Source: Planctomycetota bacterium
GTDB lineage: Bacteria > Planctomycetota > UBA8108 > SXIK01
Length of the DNA stretch: 64,000 nt
NCBI GenBank assembly: GCA_965223265.1
Contig: OZ244999.1
Location: 3,424,001 to 3,488,000, forward strand
Reading direction: 5' to 3'
Under the pieces are notes generated by a model. That model was given only the letters and a program-made list of their open reading frames with translations, did no database searches and was not told where the DNA came from. This document shows, in pieces, positions 9,953 through 20,235 of this stretch. The position numbers were made by a program, and so were the translations under genes. The stretch's first letter is position 1. The number at the start of each line of letters is the position of its first letter.

Positions 9953-11182
9953 ATGAGCGATATCGTCCAACTGGGTGACTTCTCCCCGGACCACAATCAC
10001 CACACGGTGCATCGACAACGCTTCGACGTCCGCTTCTCGTATGACGTCCACTTCACTCGTGGGGTCTTTGATCCTCGCAATTCGCTTCTGCCCGACGTCA
10101 TGGAGTCTTGTGGCGAAAAGAAGCGCCATCGCTTACTCGTAGCGATCGATTCCGGAGTCGCTGCGGCACACCCTGAATTAGTCCGACAGATCAAAGACTA
10201 CGGCCATCGATACCAAGAGCGGATCGAACTGGTGTCAACACCGGAGATCGTCGCTGGCGGCGAAAGCGTCAAATCCGACTGGTCCCTCGTCGAAGACCTC
10301 ATGATCTCCCTCGGCAACCACCACATGGATCGACAGAGCTTCGTTCTCGCCATCGGGGGCGGTAGCGTGCTTGACATGGTTGGATTCGTCGCTGCGCTCG
10401 TGCATCGCGGCCTCCGATTGATTCGCATGCCGACCACGGTGCTCGCCCAAAACGACGCAGGCGTCGGCGTCAAGAACGGTATGAATGAACACGGGATGAA
10501 GAATTTTGTCGGAACATTTGCCCCACCCTTCGCGGTGATCAACGACTTTTCGTTCTTGCCGACGCTGACTGACGAGCATTGGCGTGGGGGCATAGCCGAG
10601 GCGTTCAAGGTCGCGTTGATCAAGGACGCCGAATTCTTCGATTTCCTCGTTCGCGAGTCCGAGGCGTTTCGCGCCCGCCGTCAAGGACCGATGGAGGAAC
10701 TGATTCGCCGCTGCGCGATCCTCCACCTGGAACACATCGCAAGCACCGGGGACCCGTTCGAGATGGGGACCGCTCGGCCTTTGGACTTCGGGCATTGGTC
10801 AGCACACAAGCTCGAAACCTTGTCGAACTACCGCATCAGTCACGGCGCGGCAGTCGCGGTGGGAGTGGCACTGGACTCCTACTATGCAATGAAGAAGGGA
10901 TTCATTACCTCGAGCGATTTCGGTCGCGTTCTCTCCGGACTCACGCAAAGCGGCCTTGCGGTGTGGTACCCAGAACTAGATCGACGCGATGCCAACGGAA
11001 CGCTTCAGATACTCGCCGGCCTCGAAGAGTTTCGCGAACACCTCGGCGGAACATTGACGGTGACGCTCCCTCGTCCGGTTGGCGAAAAGTGCGAGGTTCA
11101 CCACGTCAATGTGGACTGGGTCGAAGAAGGAATCGTGTATCTGCGCACATTTGAGAGAGACCGTCGTCAAACTGCGAACTGA
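9953..11182 (+). CDS. 3-dehydroquinate synthase-like sugar-phosphate cyclase (EboD type)
   Basis: IGGGSVLD, MPTTVLAQND, AEAFKVALIKD and RPLDFGHWSAHKLE. Confidence 0.85.
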   Translation: MSDIVQLGDFSPDHNHHTVHRQRFDVRFSYDVHFTRGVFDPRNSLLPDVMESCGEKKRHRLLVAIDSGVAAAHPELVRQIKDYGHRYQERIELVSTPEIVAGGESVKSDWSLVEDLMISLGNHHMDRQSFVLAIGGGSVLDMVGFVAALVHRGLRLIRMPTTVLAQNDAGVGVKNGMNEHGMKNFVGTFAPPFAVINDFSFLPTLTDEHWRGGIAEAFKVALIKDAEFFDFLVRESEAFRARRQGPMEELIRRCAILHLEHIASTGDPFEMGTARPLDFGHWSAHKLETLSNYRISHGAAVAVGVALDSYYAMKKGFITSSDFGRVLSGLTQSGLAVWYPELDRRDANGTLQILAGLEEFREHLGGTLTVTLPRPVGEKCEVHHVNVDWVEEGIVYLRTFERDRRQTAN

Positions 11183-11360
11183 AACCGTCCTTGACGCGCT
11201 CGACTGGTGTCTCGAACCCGCGCAGCTGGAGATGGGTAGGAGCTTCGCTAAAAGGTCGATGGAGGGTCTTAGCGGGGTTCGCAACATCGCGAGACGAACG
11301 TGAATCCGGAGGTCGTGCCGTCGACTTCAAGGGCGCACGACGCCGACTGAGGAGGAGCGA

Positions 11361-12143
11361 ATGGGAGTTTTTGAGCGATTTCGACTCGACGGCAAACGCT
11401 TCCTGATCACCGGGGGCAGCCGTGGGCTCGGCAAAGAGATGGCTCTTGCCTTCGCCGAGGCTGGAGCTGACGGCGTACTCGTCGGCCGGGATCATGAGGC
11501 TCTTGAGACGACGGCGGACGCCCTGCGCGCGCTTGGCTGCGACGCCGCGATCGTGACCGCTGACGTTGGCGAACCACGCGAGTGTGAGGCGCTATGCGAA
11601 GAGATGGTGGAGAACCACCCACCGATCGACATCCTGGTCAACAACGTCGGCGGGCGCTGTATCGACGTCGCAACGGAGGATTTGCCGCTCGCGGAGTGGC
11701 AGAGAATCATAGACCTGAATCTTACGAGTACATTCATCTGCACGAAGGTCCTCGGTGGTGCTATGGTCCGGCGCGGAAACGGCGGACGTGTGATCAACAA
11801 CGCTTCCATCTCGGGCCTTATCGCCAACCGGGGAATCGGGGGGCGTTCCTACGAAACGTCAAAGGCGGCGGTGATCCAGTTTACGCGTGCCGTCGCCGTC
11901 GACTGGGCGCCTCACGGAGTCACCGTAAATGCGATCTGCCCAGGTGGGTTTCTGACCGCTCCGAATCGGCGCTGGGCACACGAAAAACCAGAAGTGATCG
12001 CGGAATTCGAAGCGCAAATCCCGATGGGCCGACTTGGCGAACCGCGGGATATCGGCCCGCTTGCCCTCTACTTGGCAAGCGACGCTTCAAGCTACGTGAC
12101 CGGTTCGAATTTCGTCATAGACGGTGGTTACACTGCGTGGTGA
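11361..12143 (+). CDS. SDR family NAD(P)-dependent oxidoreductase
   Basis: TGGSRGLG, NNVG, YETSK, VNAICPG, IDGG; GAGGAGG RBS. Confidence 0.93.
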   Translation: MGVFERFRLDGKRFLITGGSRGLGKEMALAFAEAGADGVLVGRDHEALETTADALRALGCDAAIVTADVGEPRECEALCEEMVENHPPIDILVNNVGGRCIDVATEDLPLAEWQRIIDLNLTSTFICTKVLGGAMVRRGNGGRVINNASISGLIANRGIGGRSYETSKAAVIQFTRAVAVDWAPHGVTVNAICPGGFLTAPNRRWAHEKPEVIAEFEAQIPMGRLGEPRDIGPLALYLASDASSYVTGSNFVIDGGYTAW

Positions 12144-12405
12144 GGCTTGTAGCGTAGAAGCGGGGCTATGCAGCCGCGGCGATGTGTCTCACTCTCAGGC
12201 CGACGACGGGCAGGCTTCGTCGTCGGGGTGGGCCGGGGCCGCGCGGCTGGCGGTGGTGCGGCAGAGGTTTTCGGTCGACCAAGCAGATTCGTCGCGTCGT
12301 TGCCTTCCGAGAACGCGAGGCTCACTGCAAAAATCGGCGCACCGTCGTACTCTTTTTGGTCTTCGCTCGTGTCGTGTACGTTGCACGTGAAGATCTCAGT
12401 TTATT

Positions 12406-14370
12406 GTGACTAGTGCAGCAGTTGGAGCCATGGTAGGGACGACGACAACAGAGAGTACAGCGGCCAGCGCGGCTCAGAGCGAACGCTCTTTCGATTCCGA
12501 TCGCGAAGCGTCGGCGCCGGAACAAAAACGCTCCGTCGATCTGGAAAACGCCGGGCATGACGCCGCCTCGACTGCGACGAGCACGGCAAAAGAGGTCGAC
12601 CCCAGCGGCACAGCGAATCGTGCCTCGACTACCCACGGCGCGGCAGGCGAGACCGGAGTTGCCGCCGAATCCGTCAACACCGCGCAGCCTAACCACGTTG
12701 ACTCCGTCGCGAAAAAGCACGCTTGTGATTCCGAGACGACCGCTGTTCCTGAGTCATCACCGGTGTCGAAACGGCGAGCTTTTGAGGCCATTCGGGCGGT
12801 CGCTAGGCGCGCTCCACCGTGGTCTTCTGGTGTCCTGATCGTGGTCGTCGGAATGATTCTGGTTGGGGCTGTCGCCCTCCCGATCGGGCTTGTGGTCCGC
12901 GCGTTGGAGCCACCAAGTATCTTCGCGATGGTTCTTATCCTTCTGCTCGGAGGGTTTACTTTCGCTTCGAGTTTTCGCTGGTTTCGAGAGCTCTTGAACC
13001 ATCTTGTGAACTCCGACACGGTGGAGCAACGAGTCGGAGACGAAAGTGGGTCTCAGCAACCAGATTCACAGGAGATGAGTCGCCCGCTGGTTCAGACTTC
13101 GGAAACGCCGACTCGACCAAGTCAAGGCGGCCTAGGCGCAGGGGAGCTGTTGCAGGATACGATTGGCGAACTGTTTCGCCTGCAGACGACCGTCGAAACT
13201 GTGGAAAAGCGGCTGCGGAGCGACACTTTGCGTGAGATCTCCCGTGTGAGGACTCTCGTCGAAACTCTCGTCGAGCAGTCGACGGAACCACAAGCCGCGG
13301 CCGAAGTCGCGGGAACTGCGATCGGTAGCGAAATCGTAGCGGCGCAGAGAGATGCACTTGCCGCCTCGCAGGAGGAGAACGCGACGCTGCGAGAAAGCAT
13401 CCTCGAGCTCAAGGCGGAGATCGAAGCAAAGGACGAACAGATTCAGTGTCTTGAAGAGCAGTGTGCCGAGTGGTGGCAGGACCAAATCTTCCTTCTCGAG
13501 CATGGAGATGAAGCCAGCGGCGAGGTCGAAGCTGCCGAGGAGCCTTCGACGCTGACAGCTGAAGACGGACGTGACGCGGGGAGTTCAGCAGATGCATTTG
13601 AGACTTCCGCTGGGCTGGCGAACGATTTGCCGCCAAGCGCGAGCATCGAAGTTGAGGACGTCCGAATTCTGGCTCGCGTTGTTCCCCAGCTGAGAAGTCA
13701 TGTGCAATCGGTCTCACGTTGGGCCGCCGAGCACGAGGAGGATCGTACATCAGCGTCGGCGAAGAGCAGTGACGAACGCACCGAGCATCAGCGCAAAGCA
13801 ATGGAAGTGCGGACTCACCTGGTGGCACTCGAGTTGTTACTCAATCAGGTGGCGGACTACTCGAAACTACACTCACGCGCATGGCAAACGGTGTATTCGA
13901 AGGTGAAGATCCGCGAATTCGTCGACCGCTGCCTCAGCGATATCAAGTCCGTCATCGAACGGCATGGATTGAAGGTGCGCACCCACGTGCCGCGACGCTT
14001 ATGTGTAGAGACTGACCGGCGGCTCTTGGCTCGAATTCTTCGCGAGCTACTGACGAATGCGGTGAAGTATACGAGTCGCGGCGGTGAAGTCTCGATCGCG
14101 GCCGAGAAGTGGAAGAGCGATTCCGGTGTGAAAGGGATCCGTTTGACCGTACGCGACAACGGTCCCGGCATCGCGCCGAACGACTTCGATCGCGTCTTTG
14201 AACCCTTCGAACAGGGGAACCAACCACGCTTCGCCCTCAGTACGCTTGGCGTTGGCCTCGGGCTCACACTGGTCCGTGAGTGCGTCGACTACTTGGACGG
14301 AAGCATCACTGTCGAGAGCGATCCTGGGCTCGGCAGCGTCTTCACCGTCTTTGTGCCTGGTCATTCTTGA
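12406..14370 (+). CDS. Membrane sensor histidine-kinase-like protein with a degenerate H-box; start uncertain
   Basis: Two TM helices, coiled coil, N box LLTNAVKYT, G1 DNGPGI, F box VFEPF, G2 GVGLGL. Confidence 0.75.
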   Translation: MTSAAVGAMVGTTTTESTAASAAQSERSFDSDREASAPEQKRSVDLENAGHDAASTATSTAKEVDPSGTANRASTTHGAAGETGVAAESVNTAQPNHVDSVAKKHACDSETTAVPESSPVSKRRAFEAIRAVARRAPPWSSGVLIVVVGMILVGAVALPIGLVVRALEPPSIFAMVLILLLGGFTFASSFRWFRELLNHLVNSDTVEQRVGDESGSQQPDSQEMSRPLVQTSETPTRPSQGGLGAGELLQDTIGELFRLQTTVETVEKRLRSDTLREISRVRTLVETLVEQSTEPQAAAEVAGTAIGSEIVAAQRDALAASQEENATLRESILELKAEIEAKDEQIQCLEEQCAEWWQDQIFLLEHGDEASGEVEAAEEPSTLTAEDGRDAGSSADAFETSAGLANDLPPSASIEVEDVRILARVVPQLRSHVQSVSRWAAEHEEDRTSASAKSSDERTEHQRKAMEVRTHLVALELLLNQVADYSKLHSRAWQTVYSKVKIREFVDRCLSDIKSVIERHGLKVRTHVPRRLCVETDRRLLARILRELLTNAVKYTSRGGEVSIAAEKWKSDSGVKGIRLTVRDNGPGIAPNDFDRVFEPFEQGNQPRFALSTLGVGLGLTLVRECVDYLDGSITVESDPGLGSVFTVFVPGHS

Positions 14371-17300
14371 CACCTGGCACGGTTGCCTCGATTCCCAAAC
14401 AGGAATGACCGCGTTCCATGAACGCCTGGATGAGCGGTTTCTCTGCGGCGGTCAGGTCATCGCAAGCGCGGATGCGCTGTAACCGAGCTTCCTCGGTTGG
14501 CTCCTCTTCGATGATGCGAGCTGCGATCGCTTCCGCGACGAGGTTCTGGTACCTCTGTGGTGTCCAAGTTCGCCTCGCACCCTCAAGCGTTCTAAACCAC
14601 ATGCGCACGGTGTTGTCGTCACCGGCTGAGATGATGCAGTTCTCGTCGCGCGTGATTGCGAGAGCGCTCACTCGGCTCGTGTGCTCCTCCAAGACCGCGA
14701 TGCGCTTCAGGGCCTTCATATCCCAGATCACGACCGTTCGGTCTTCGCTCGCTGACACTAGGCGCGTGCCGTCTGCAAGGTAGGCGATGGCGCGAACGTT
14801 GTAAACGTGCCCTCTGAGAATCTGAGGTGGGGCATCGGCTCGGGAGTTTGACAGCGCCCAAACGTAAATACTGCCGTTCGAACATCCGCAAGCAATCTGC
14901 TGCCCATCTTGACGTACGGCTAGCGCTCTGCCGTGCTCAGGCAACCCGTCGAGCGTCTGGATGAGTTCTCCTGTTCGAACATCCCAGAGCTTGACAGTCG
15001 GGTCGTCCGCACTCGAGGCGAGGATCGGACGCTGCGGAAGAAACACTGTCTGCAGGACAGTTTTCCGCGCGTAGTCTTTGAGGTTCCCATGCGGTTTTTG
15101 CCATTTGAGTTCGGGTTTGGGGCCGCGCATGTCGTAGACGCGGACGAAGCCGTCTTCACTACCAGCCGCCAAAAACCCGTCAGCACTCCACTCGATCGAG
15201 CGGATCGAACCCTTGAATCCACGGATCGTAGTGACGGATCCCGATCCCGAGACTGGCCAGATGTGAATCGTGCGCTTTTTGTCACCCGACGCGACAAATC
15301 GATTTGTCGGATCGAAGGCGACGGCCCAGACGTCGTCGGAATGGCCTTCGTAGACCTTCACCGTAGTGCCTGTCATGTCGCGGACAATCACTTGGCTGTT
15401 CTGGTCGCCGGCTGCGAAAAGAGTGTCATCCGAACTGATGTCGACACAGGTGACGAATCCGTCGTGCGAGCAGAGGGTCGAAACGCCCGCGGTGGTCAAT
15501 AGATCCCATTCCTTGACCATGCCGTCGACAGATGCCGAGTAGAAGCGCTCGCCCTTGATTCTGATCGATGAGACTCCTGCCTGGTGACCTGGGAGAATCG
15601 CGACCTGTCTCACCGCACGAACATCGATGACCGAAATCGTACCATCTTCGTTGGCTGCGAGAATTTGGCGATCACCCGCCATGAAGGTGACGCACCGAAC
15701 GCTGCGACGATTGATGATGACTCGCGAACGTTCATTAGTTCTTAGGTCAACGATTTCCACCGTTCCGAAGAGCGCGTCTTTCTGGTTCCGCGTGCCGGCA
15801 GCGAGAAGACGGCCATCACGCGAGATCGCGAGACTTAGCGGTCGGTCCTGCAACTGAATGGGGGCCTTCGGCTGCCGGTTGTGCGGATCCCATCGATAAA
15901 CTTTCCCCTTGTAGTGGCTGGCGTACAGCGTGCCGTCTGGGCCGTACAGCACGAAGTCGACGAGGCCGAATTCAACGGGGCGCACCTCTAATTGGGAAAG
16001 ATCTTTGAGATTCCAAATCCACACGTTGTCGGGGCCGGAGACCGCGACAGATTCGCTGTCGGGGCTGATGGCGATGCTGCGAGCGTTCGCTGGAATGCCG
16101 GTTTGAGGGTCCATCTTGTCACGAGCGGGTGAGACACGACGGACCGAATCGTCCGTGAAATCCCACACCAGCACACCGGAATCTGACGTCGCGGCAACGA
16201 CCTCCGTCGCGGTGCACGCGATGCGCATAGGATAGATTCCGCCATCCAAAGCGTGCACAATCGTGCGTTTGCTTTGAAGATCGGTAATGCGAATCGTGCC
16301 GTCTCGAGAGCTCGAAACGAGACGTCCGTCATCGAGAAACGCGATATCGGTGATCCCGTCTTCGTGACTGAGGACGTCGCCGAGCGAAAGATCGCAGCGC
16401 AATCGCAAGTGATCGTAGGCGAAGGAATCGTGGAAAGCGCTCGGCCAGCGCTGCAGGTCAAGGGCCGCCTCCGCGAAGTCACGATTGTTGATCTTTTGGC
16501 TGGCGCTACGGCCGACGGAATGGACGAGAATCCTCTCGGCTCGCTGCAGCGCCGAAAACGTCAGTGCGAAGGAAAGCGAGAGACCGATGATCACTAGGGC
16601 TGCCAGCAAAGCCGAGATCAAAACGATACGACGGTGCCGCACCATGAGGCGCGCACCGCGATCCCAGAGCGCCGGGCGCTGCGCGACGATCCGCCGTCCT
16701 CTGGAGAATCTCGTCAAATCCTGCGCCAGCTCAGCGCCGGTTTGATAGCGATCCTCAGGGTGCTTCTCCAGACATCTGTGGATGATCGTCTCAAGGTCGA
16801 CGTGGATCGCCGGATTGGTGCGTCTCGCCGGCGTTGGAGCTTTGTGAATGACGTTCAGTAGCGTCTGACGTTGTGTCTCTCCTCGGCATGGGCGCTCAAG
16901 CGTTAGGAGCTCGTAGAGTGTGGCGCCGAGACTGTAAATGTCCGTTCGGTGATCGATCGGCATCTCGCGAGGCGAAGCTTGCTCCGGACTCATGTAGGAG
17001 GGCGTGCCCACGATATCGCCGCTCATTGTCAGGCTAGTGACACCCTCGAGTCGTGCCAAGCCGAAGTCCAAAAGGCGAATCGCACGACTCGCATCGATCA
17101 CGAGGTTTGAAGGTTTGACGTCGCGGTGAATGACATTCATTGAATGGGCCGTGTCGAGGCCACTGGCGACGCCAGCGAAAAGTTCGGCGACGCACCGCTG
17201 CTCCGTGACCGAATCAACGCGAAGGAGATCGATCGCGGCGACGAGCTTCGCCGACGGCAAATCATCGTCTTCGGACAGGTTCTGCGAAGGCTTCGAATCC

Positions 17301-17887
17301 TTGGGAGGAGCCGAATCACATTCGAGCTTGGTTGACACTTGGGAGGGGTCGCGAACTTCTCTCACGTGAGAGATGACCTGAGCCAGCGTCACGCCATCGA
17401 CCAGTTCCATGGCGAAGTACGGACGGTCTTCATGGCGGCCGACATCGTAAACCGGCACGATGTTGTCGTGCTTCAGAGACGCGGCGACTTCAGCCTCCCG
17501 GAGAAATCGCTTGAACGCAACCTGATCGTCTGAAAGCGAGAAGGGCAGAATCTTGAGGGCTACTCGCCGCTTCTCAGAAGGCTGCCATGCCTCGTAGACG
17601 ATGCCCATTCCCCCTTGTCCAACGACACGGCGCAGTTCGTACTCGCCGATCATCGTTCTCTCTGAGAGCGGCTGAGAGTTGACGGGGATGCCGCGGAAGG
17701 TTTCTATTTCTAAGAGAATCCGTGCGGCAAATTGCGGGTACTGACTAATGACCTCAGCAGCACTGATCTGCTCGCCGAGAATAATCCGATCGATGTACTC
17801 CGCGACGGCGTCATTCAGCGCTGCGTCGTCGTCGATCGGTGTGTCGTCGGTGCGCCCGTCACCAGGGTCGCTGGTAGGATCTGCCAC
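14342..17887 (-). CDS. Ser/Thr protein kinase with TM helix and WD40 repeats
   Basis: GQGGMG, VALK, HRDVKPSN, DFG, YMSPE; many GH..WD repeats; GTG start with GGAGG RBS. Confidence 0.92.
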   Translation of the reverse strand: MADPTSDPGDGRTDDTPIDDDAALNDAVAEYIDRIILGEQISAAEVISQYPQFAARILLEIETFRGIPVNSQPLSERTMIGEYELRRVVGQGGMGIVYEAWQPSEKRRVALKILPFSLSDDQVAFKRFLREAEVAASLKHDNIVPVYDVGRHEDRPYFAMELVDGVTLAQVISHVREVRDPSQVSTKLECDSAPPKDSKPSQNLSEDDDLPSAKLVAAIDLLRVDSVTEQRCVAELFAGVASGLDTAHSMNVIHRDVKPSNLVIDASRAIRLLDFGLARLEGVTSLTMSGDIVGTPSYMSPEQASPREMPIDHRTDIYSLGATLYELLTLERPCRGETQRQTLLNVIHKAPTPARRTNPAIHVDLETIIHRCLEKHPEDRYQTGAELAQDLTRFSRGRRIVAQRPALWDRGARLMVRHRRIVLISALLAALVIIGLSLSFALTFSALQRAERILVHSVGRSASQKINNRDFAEAALDLQRWPSAFHDSFAYDHLRLRCDLSLGDVLSHEDGITDIAFLDDGRLVSSSRDGTIRITDLQSKRTIVHALDGGIYPMRIACTATEVVAATSDSGVLVWDFTDDSVRRVSPARDKMDPQTGIPANARSIAISPDSESVAVSGPDNVWIWNLKDLSQLEVRPVEFGLVDFVLYGPDGTLYASHYKGKVYRWDPHNRQPKAPIQLQDRPLSLAISRDGRLLAAGTRNQKDALFGTVEIVDLRTNERSRVIINRRSVRCVTFMAGDRQILAANEDGTISVIDVRAVRQVAILPGHQAGVSSIRIKGERFYSASVDGMVKEWDLLTTAGVSTLCSHDGFVTCVDISSDDTLFAAGDQNSQVIVRDMTGTTVKVYEGHSDDVWAVAFDPTNRFVASGDKKRTIHIWPVSGSGSVTTIRGFKGSIRSIEWSADGFLAAGSEDGFVRVYDMRGPKPELKWQKPHGNLKDYARKTVLQTVFLPQRPILASSADDPTVKLWDVRTGELIQTLDGLPEHGRALAVRQDGQQIACGCSNGSIYVWALSNSRADAPPQILRGHVYNVRAIAYLADGTRLVSASEDRTVVIWDMKALKRIAVLEEHTSRVSALAITRDENCIISAGDDNTVRMWFRTLEGARRTWTPQRYQNLVAEAIAARIIEEEPTEEARLQRIRACDDLTAAEKPLIQAFMERGHSCLGIEATVPGVKNDQAQRR

Positions 17888-18479
17888 TACCGTCGATTCC
17901 TCCGGGGGGCTGCGCCGGCAGGGCAAGGCTCCCGCTCTCATCGCCGAACAGAATGCGGAGTCGGTCGAGCGCGCGGCGCACGAGCTTCGTCACCGCCGCA
18001 GGAGATCGGCCCATCTGGGCCGCTACGTCGCGGATCGGCATTTGTTGGATGCGCGTCATCACCAGCACGTCACGATAGTCGTCAGGAAGCGATGAGATTG
18101 CGGCCTCCAAACGTTCAAAGCGTTCGATTCGCCGCAGCGTCCGGCTTGGAGTGGGATCCGCTCCTGGTTCGTCTCCAAGCCGAGCGGCACGTCGCTTCAC
18201 TCGGCGGCCGATCTCGGCGATGCGACTATGCGCGATGGTAGCGAGCCACGCGAAGAAGGCCCGGTCCCCGTTCCAAGTGAATTCAGGCAAACGCTTGAAC
18301 GCAGCTAGAAACACATCCTGGAGCACATCCTCAGGATCGGCATAGCCGCGAAGGTGCTCTCCGGTGCGATCGCAAATGAATTTTCTCAGGCGCGGTCGGT
18401 ACTGTTCTATCAGCGCCTGAAACGCCTCTTCAACGCCGGCAGCAGCAGCCTTAACAAGAGATTCGTTGTCTTGGGACAT
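17859..18479 (-). CDS. ECF sigma-70 factor overlapping the kinase gene
   Basis: DPEDVLQDVFL, FFAWLATIA, LPDDYRDVL..VAAQMGRS. Confidence 0.9.
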   Translation of the reverse strand: MSQDNESLVKAAAAGVEEAFQALIEQYRPRLRKFICDRTGEHLRGYADPEDVLQDVFLAAFKRLPEFTWNGDRAFFAWLATIAHSRIAEIGRRVKRRAARLGDEPGADPTPSRTLRRIERFERLEAAISSLPDDYRDVLVMTRIQQMPIRDVAAQMGRSPAAVTKLVRRALDRLRILFGDESGSLALPAQPPGGIDGSGRSYQRPW

Positions 18480-18840
18480 CGGGACCCTCGGGCTGAAGTG
18501 ATCCGCTAGCGAAACCTCGAGAACAAGCGACGAGAAAGATTATGAAAGCGTAAATAAAGACATCATTGAGTGTAGGACAAATCGGGCCTCAAAGGAAGCT
18601 GCAACAGCGCTATCGGCGGGGTCACGCGGCCTGGAATCTCTTCGTAACCATGTTGATGGACGGTCGTTAGAGACGGCCGAGACGGGTGCAGTGGCCTGGT
18701 CTCAGTGCGGTCAGTTGCCCCTTATTGACCCTGAGGGGATTAAGGGTCGAGCCGGAGAATAAGGGGCCATCTCGAGGCCACTGGCGAGGCAAGAGCGTCC
18801 AAGCGGCAGAACGGCGCGCGTGGTAAAACTTGACGCCGCG

Positions 18841-20235
18841 CTAAGGCCAATCACGCAGTAGAAAATAGCACAGCAGCGTCGTCACAACCGCACCGACTAG
18901 ATTGAGCACGAAGCCTTGCTTCACCATGTCTTTGACCGTCAGCCGCCCGCTCCCAAAAACGATGGCGTTCGGCGCCGTTGCCACCGGCAGCATGAAGGCG
19001 CAGCTGGCGCTCACAGCAGCCGGGACCATCAATAACGCCGGTTCGATCCCGGCGGCGCGACCAGCCTCCGCAAGGACCGGCATGAGAAGTGTGGTCGTGG
19101 CCGTGTTGCTGGTGAGTTCTGTGAGGAAAGTGACTGTAAGTGCGACGATGAAGATCAAAGGTAGAGAAGGCCAAGTGGCGAGAAGCGACAGACGCTTCCC
19201 GAGTGCGACGCTGAGTCCGGTCTCTTGAAAGCCGGCCGCGATCGCGAGACCACCACCGAAAAGAAGGAGAAGCCCCCAGGGAATCCGCACGGCTGTCTGC
19301 CAGTCGAGGAGAGCATTGCCTGTGCCGTCGGGAATCAAAAACATCGCGCAGACCGCCACCAAGGCCACTGTGCCATCCCCGACCCATTCCGGTTGGCTCA
19401 AAAGCGAGCTCCAGCCGCCGAACGGCTCCGATCGGGTCACCCATGCGATCGCGGTGAGGCCGAAGACCGTGAGAACTCGCACTTCGGCCGGACGCCACTT
19501 GCCAGGGTGAGGAATGGTGAGTTTCTCGGCCGGCCCTAGTCTCCGGCTCAGCCAGAGCCAAGCCAACGGCACAAGGATGACGACGACGGGGACACCGATC
19601 TTCATCCACGAGAGAAACGTGATCTCGGCGGTCGGATCGACACGCTCCATGTACTGCGCTTTGAAGACCAGATTGGGTGGAGTGCCGACCGGTGTTCCGA
19701 TACCGCCGACGTTGGCTGCGTAGGCGACGCCGAGAAGCAGCGGTAAGGCGAGTTTGTCGTCGCGGCTCTGCTCGAGCACAGCCATTGCCACGGGGAGTAG
19801 CATGAGCGTTGTCGCGGAGTTCGAGATCCACATGCTGAGGACGGCCGAAGCGGTCATGAATCCTAAGACGAGCCGGCGTCCACCCGATCCACCGACCGCC
19901 CGCACCATTCCGAGGGCCAGGCGGCGATGGGCACCGCTGCTTTCCATCGCGCGGGAGAGCATGAAACCACCGAGGAGAAGAAGGATCAATCGGTGCCCGT
20001 AGGCGCCTGCCACAGCTTTCTCGCTCAGCACTCCCGTCAGCGGAAAAAGCGCGAATGGAAGCATCGACGTGGCCGGGATCGGAATCGCTTCCGTAACCCA
20101 CCACACCGCGCAAAGCGTCGTGATGGCCGCACACCAAGCCGCTTCTGACTTCGCGTCGTACGCGAGGCAGACAAGTCCGACGCAAGAGGCGATGATCGGT
20201 CCGGCGAGGAGAGCCGCTGACGTGCGGCGGTTCAT
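18841..20235 (-). CDS. SLC13/DASS family anion:sodium symporter
   Basis: SMWISNSATT, GTPVGTPPN, TELTSNTATT, FMLPVATAPNAI; multiple TM helices; start uncertain. Confidence 0.9.
   Translation of the reverse strand: MNRRTSAALLAGPIIASCVGLVCLAYDAKSEAAWCAAITTLCAVWWVTEAIPIPATSMLPFALFPLTGVLSEKAVAGAYGHRLILLLLGGFMLSRAMESSGAHRRLALGMVRAVGGSGGRRLVLGFMTASAVLSMWISNSATTLMLLPVAMAVLEQSRDDKLALPLLLGVAYAANVGGIGTPVGTPPNLVFKAQYMERVDPTAEITFLSWMKIGVPVVVILVPLAWLWLSRRLGPAEKLTIPHPGKWRPAEVRVLTVFGLTAIAWVTRSEPFGGWSSLLSQPEWVGDGTVALVAVCAMFLIPDGTGNALLDWQTAVRIPWGLLLLFGGGLAIAAGFQETGLSVALGKRLSLLATWPSLPLIFIVALTVTFLTELTSNTATTTLLMPVLAEAGRAAGIEPALLMVPAAVSASCAFMLPVATAPNAIVFGSGRLTVKDMVKQGFVLNLVGAVVTTLLCYFLLRDWP

Noticed and set aside
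14342-18479. ECF sigma plus Ser/Thr kinase-WD40 as a novel system
   Set aside because: A well-known and abundant arrangement in Planctomycetota.
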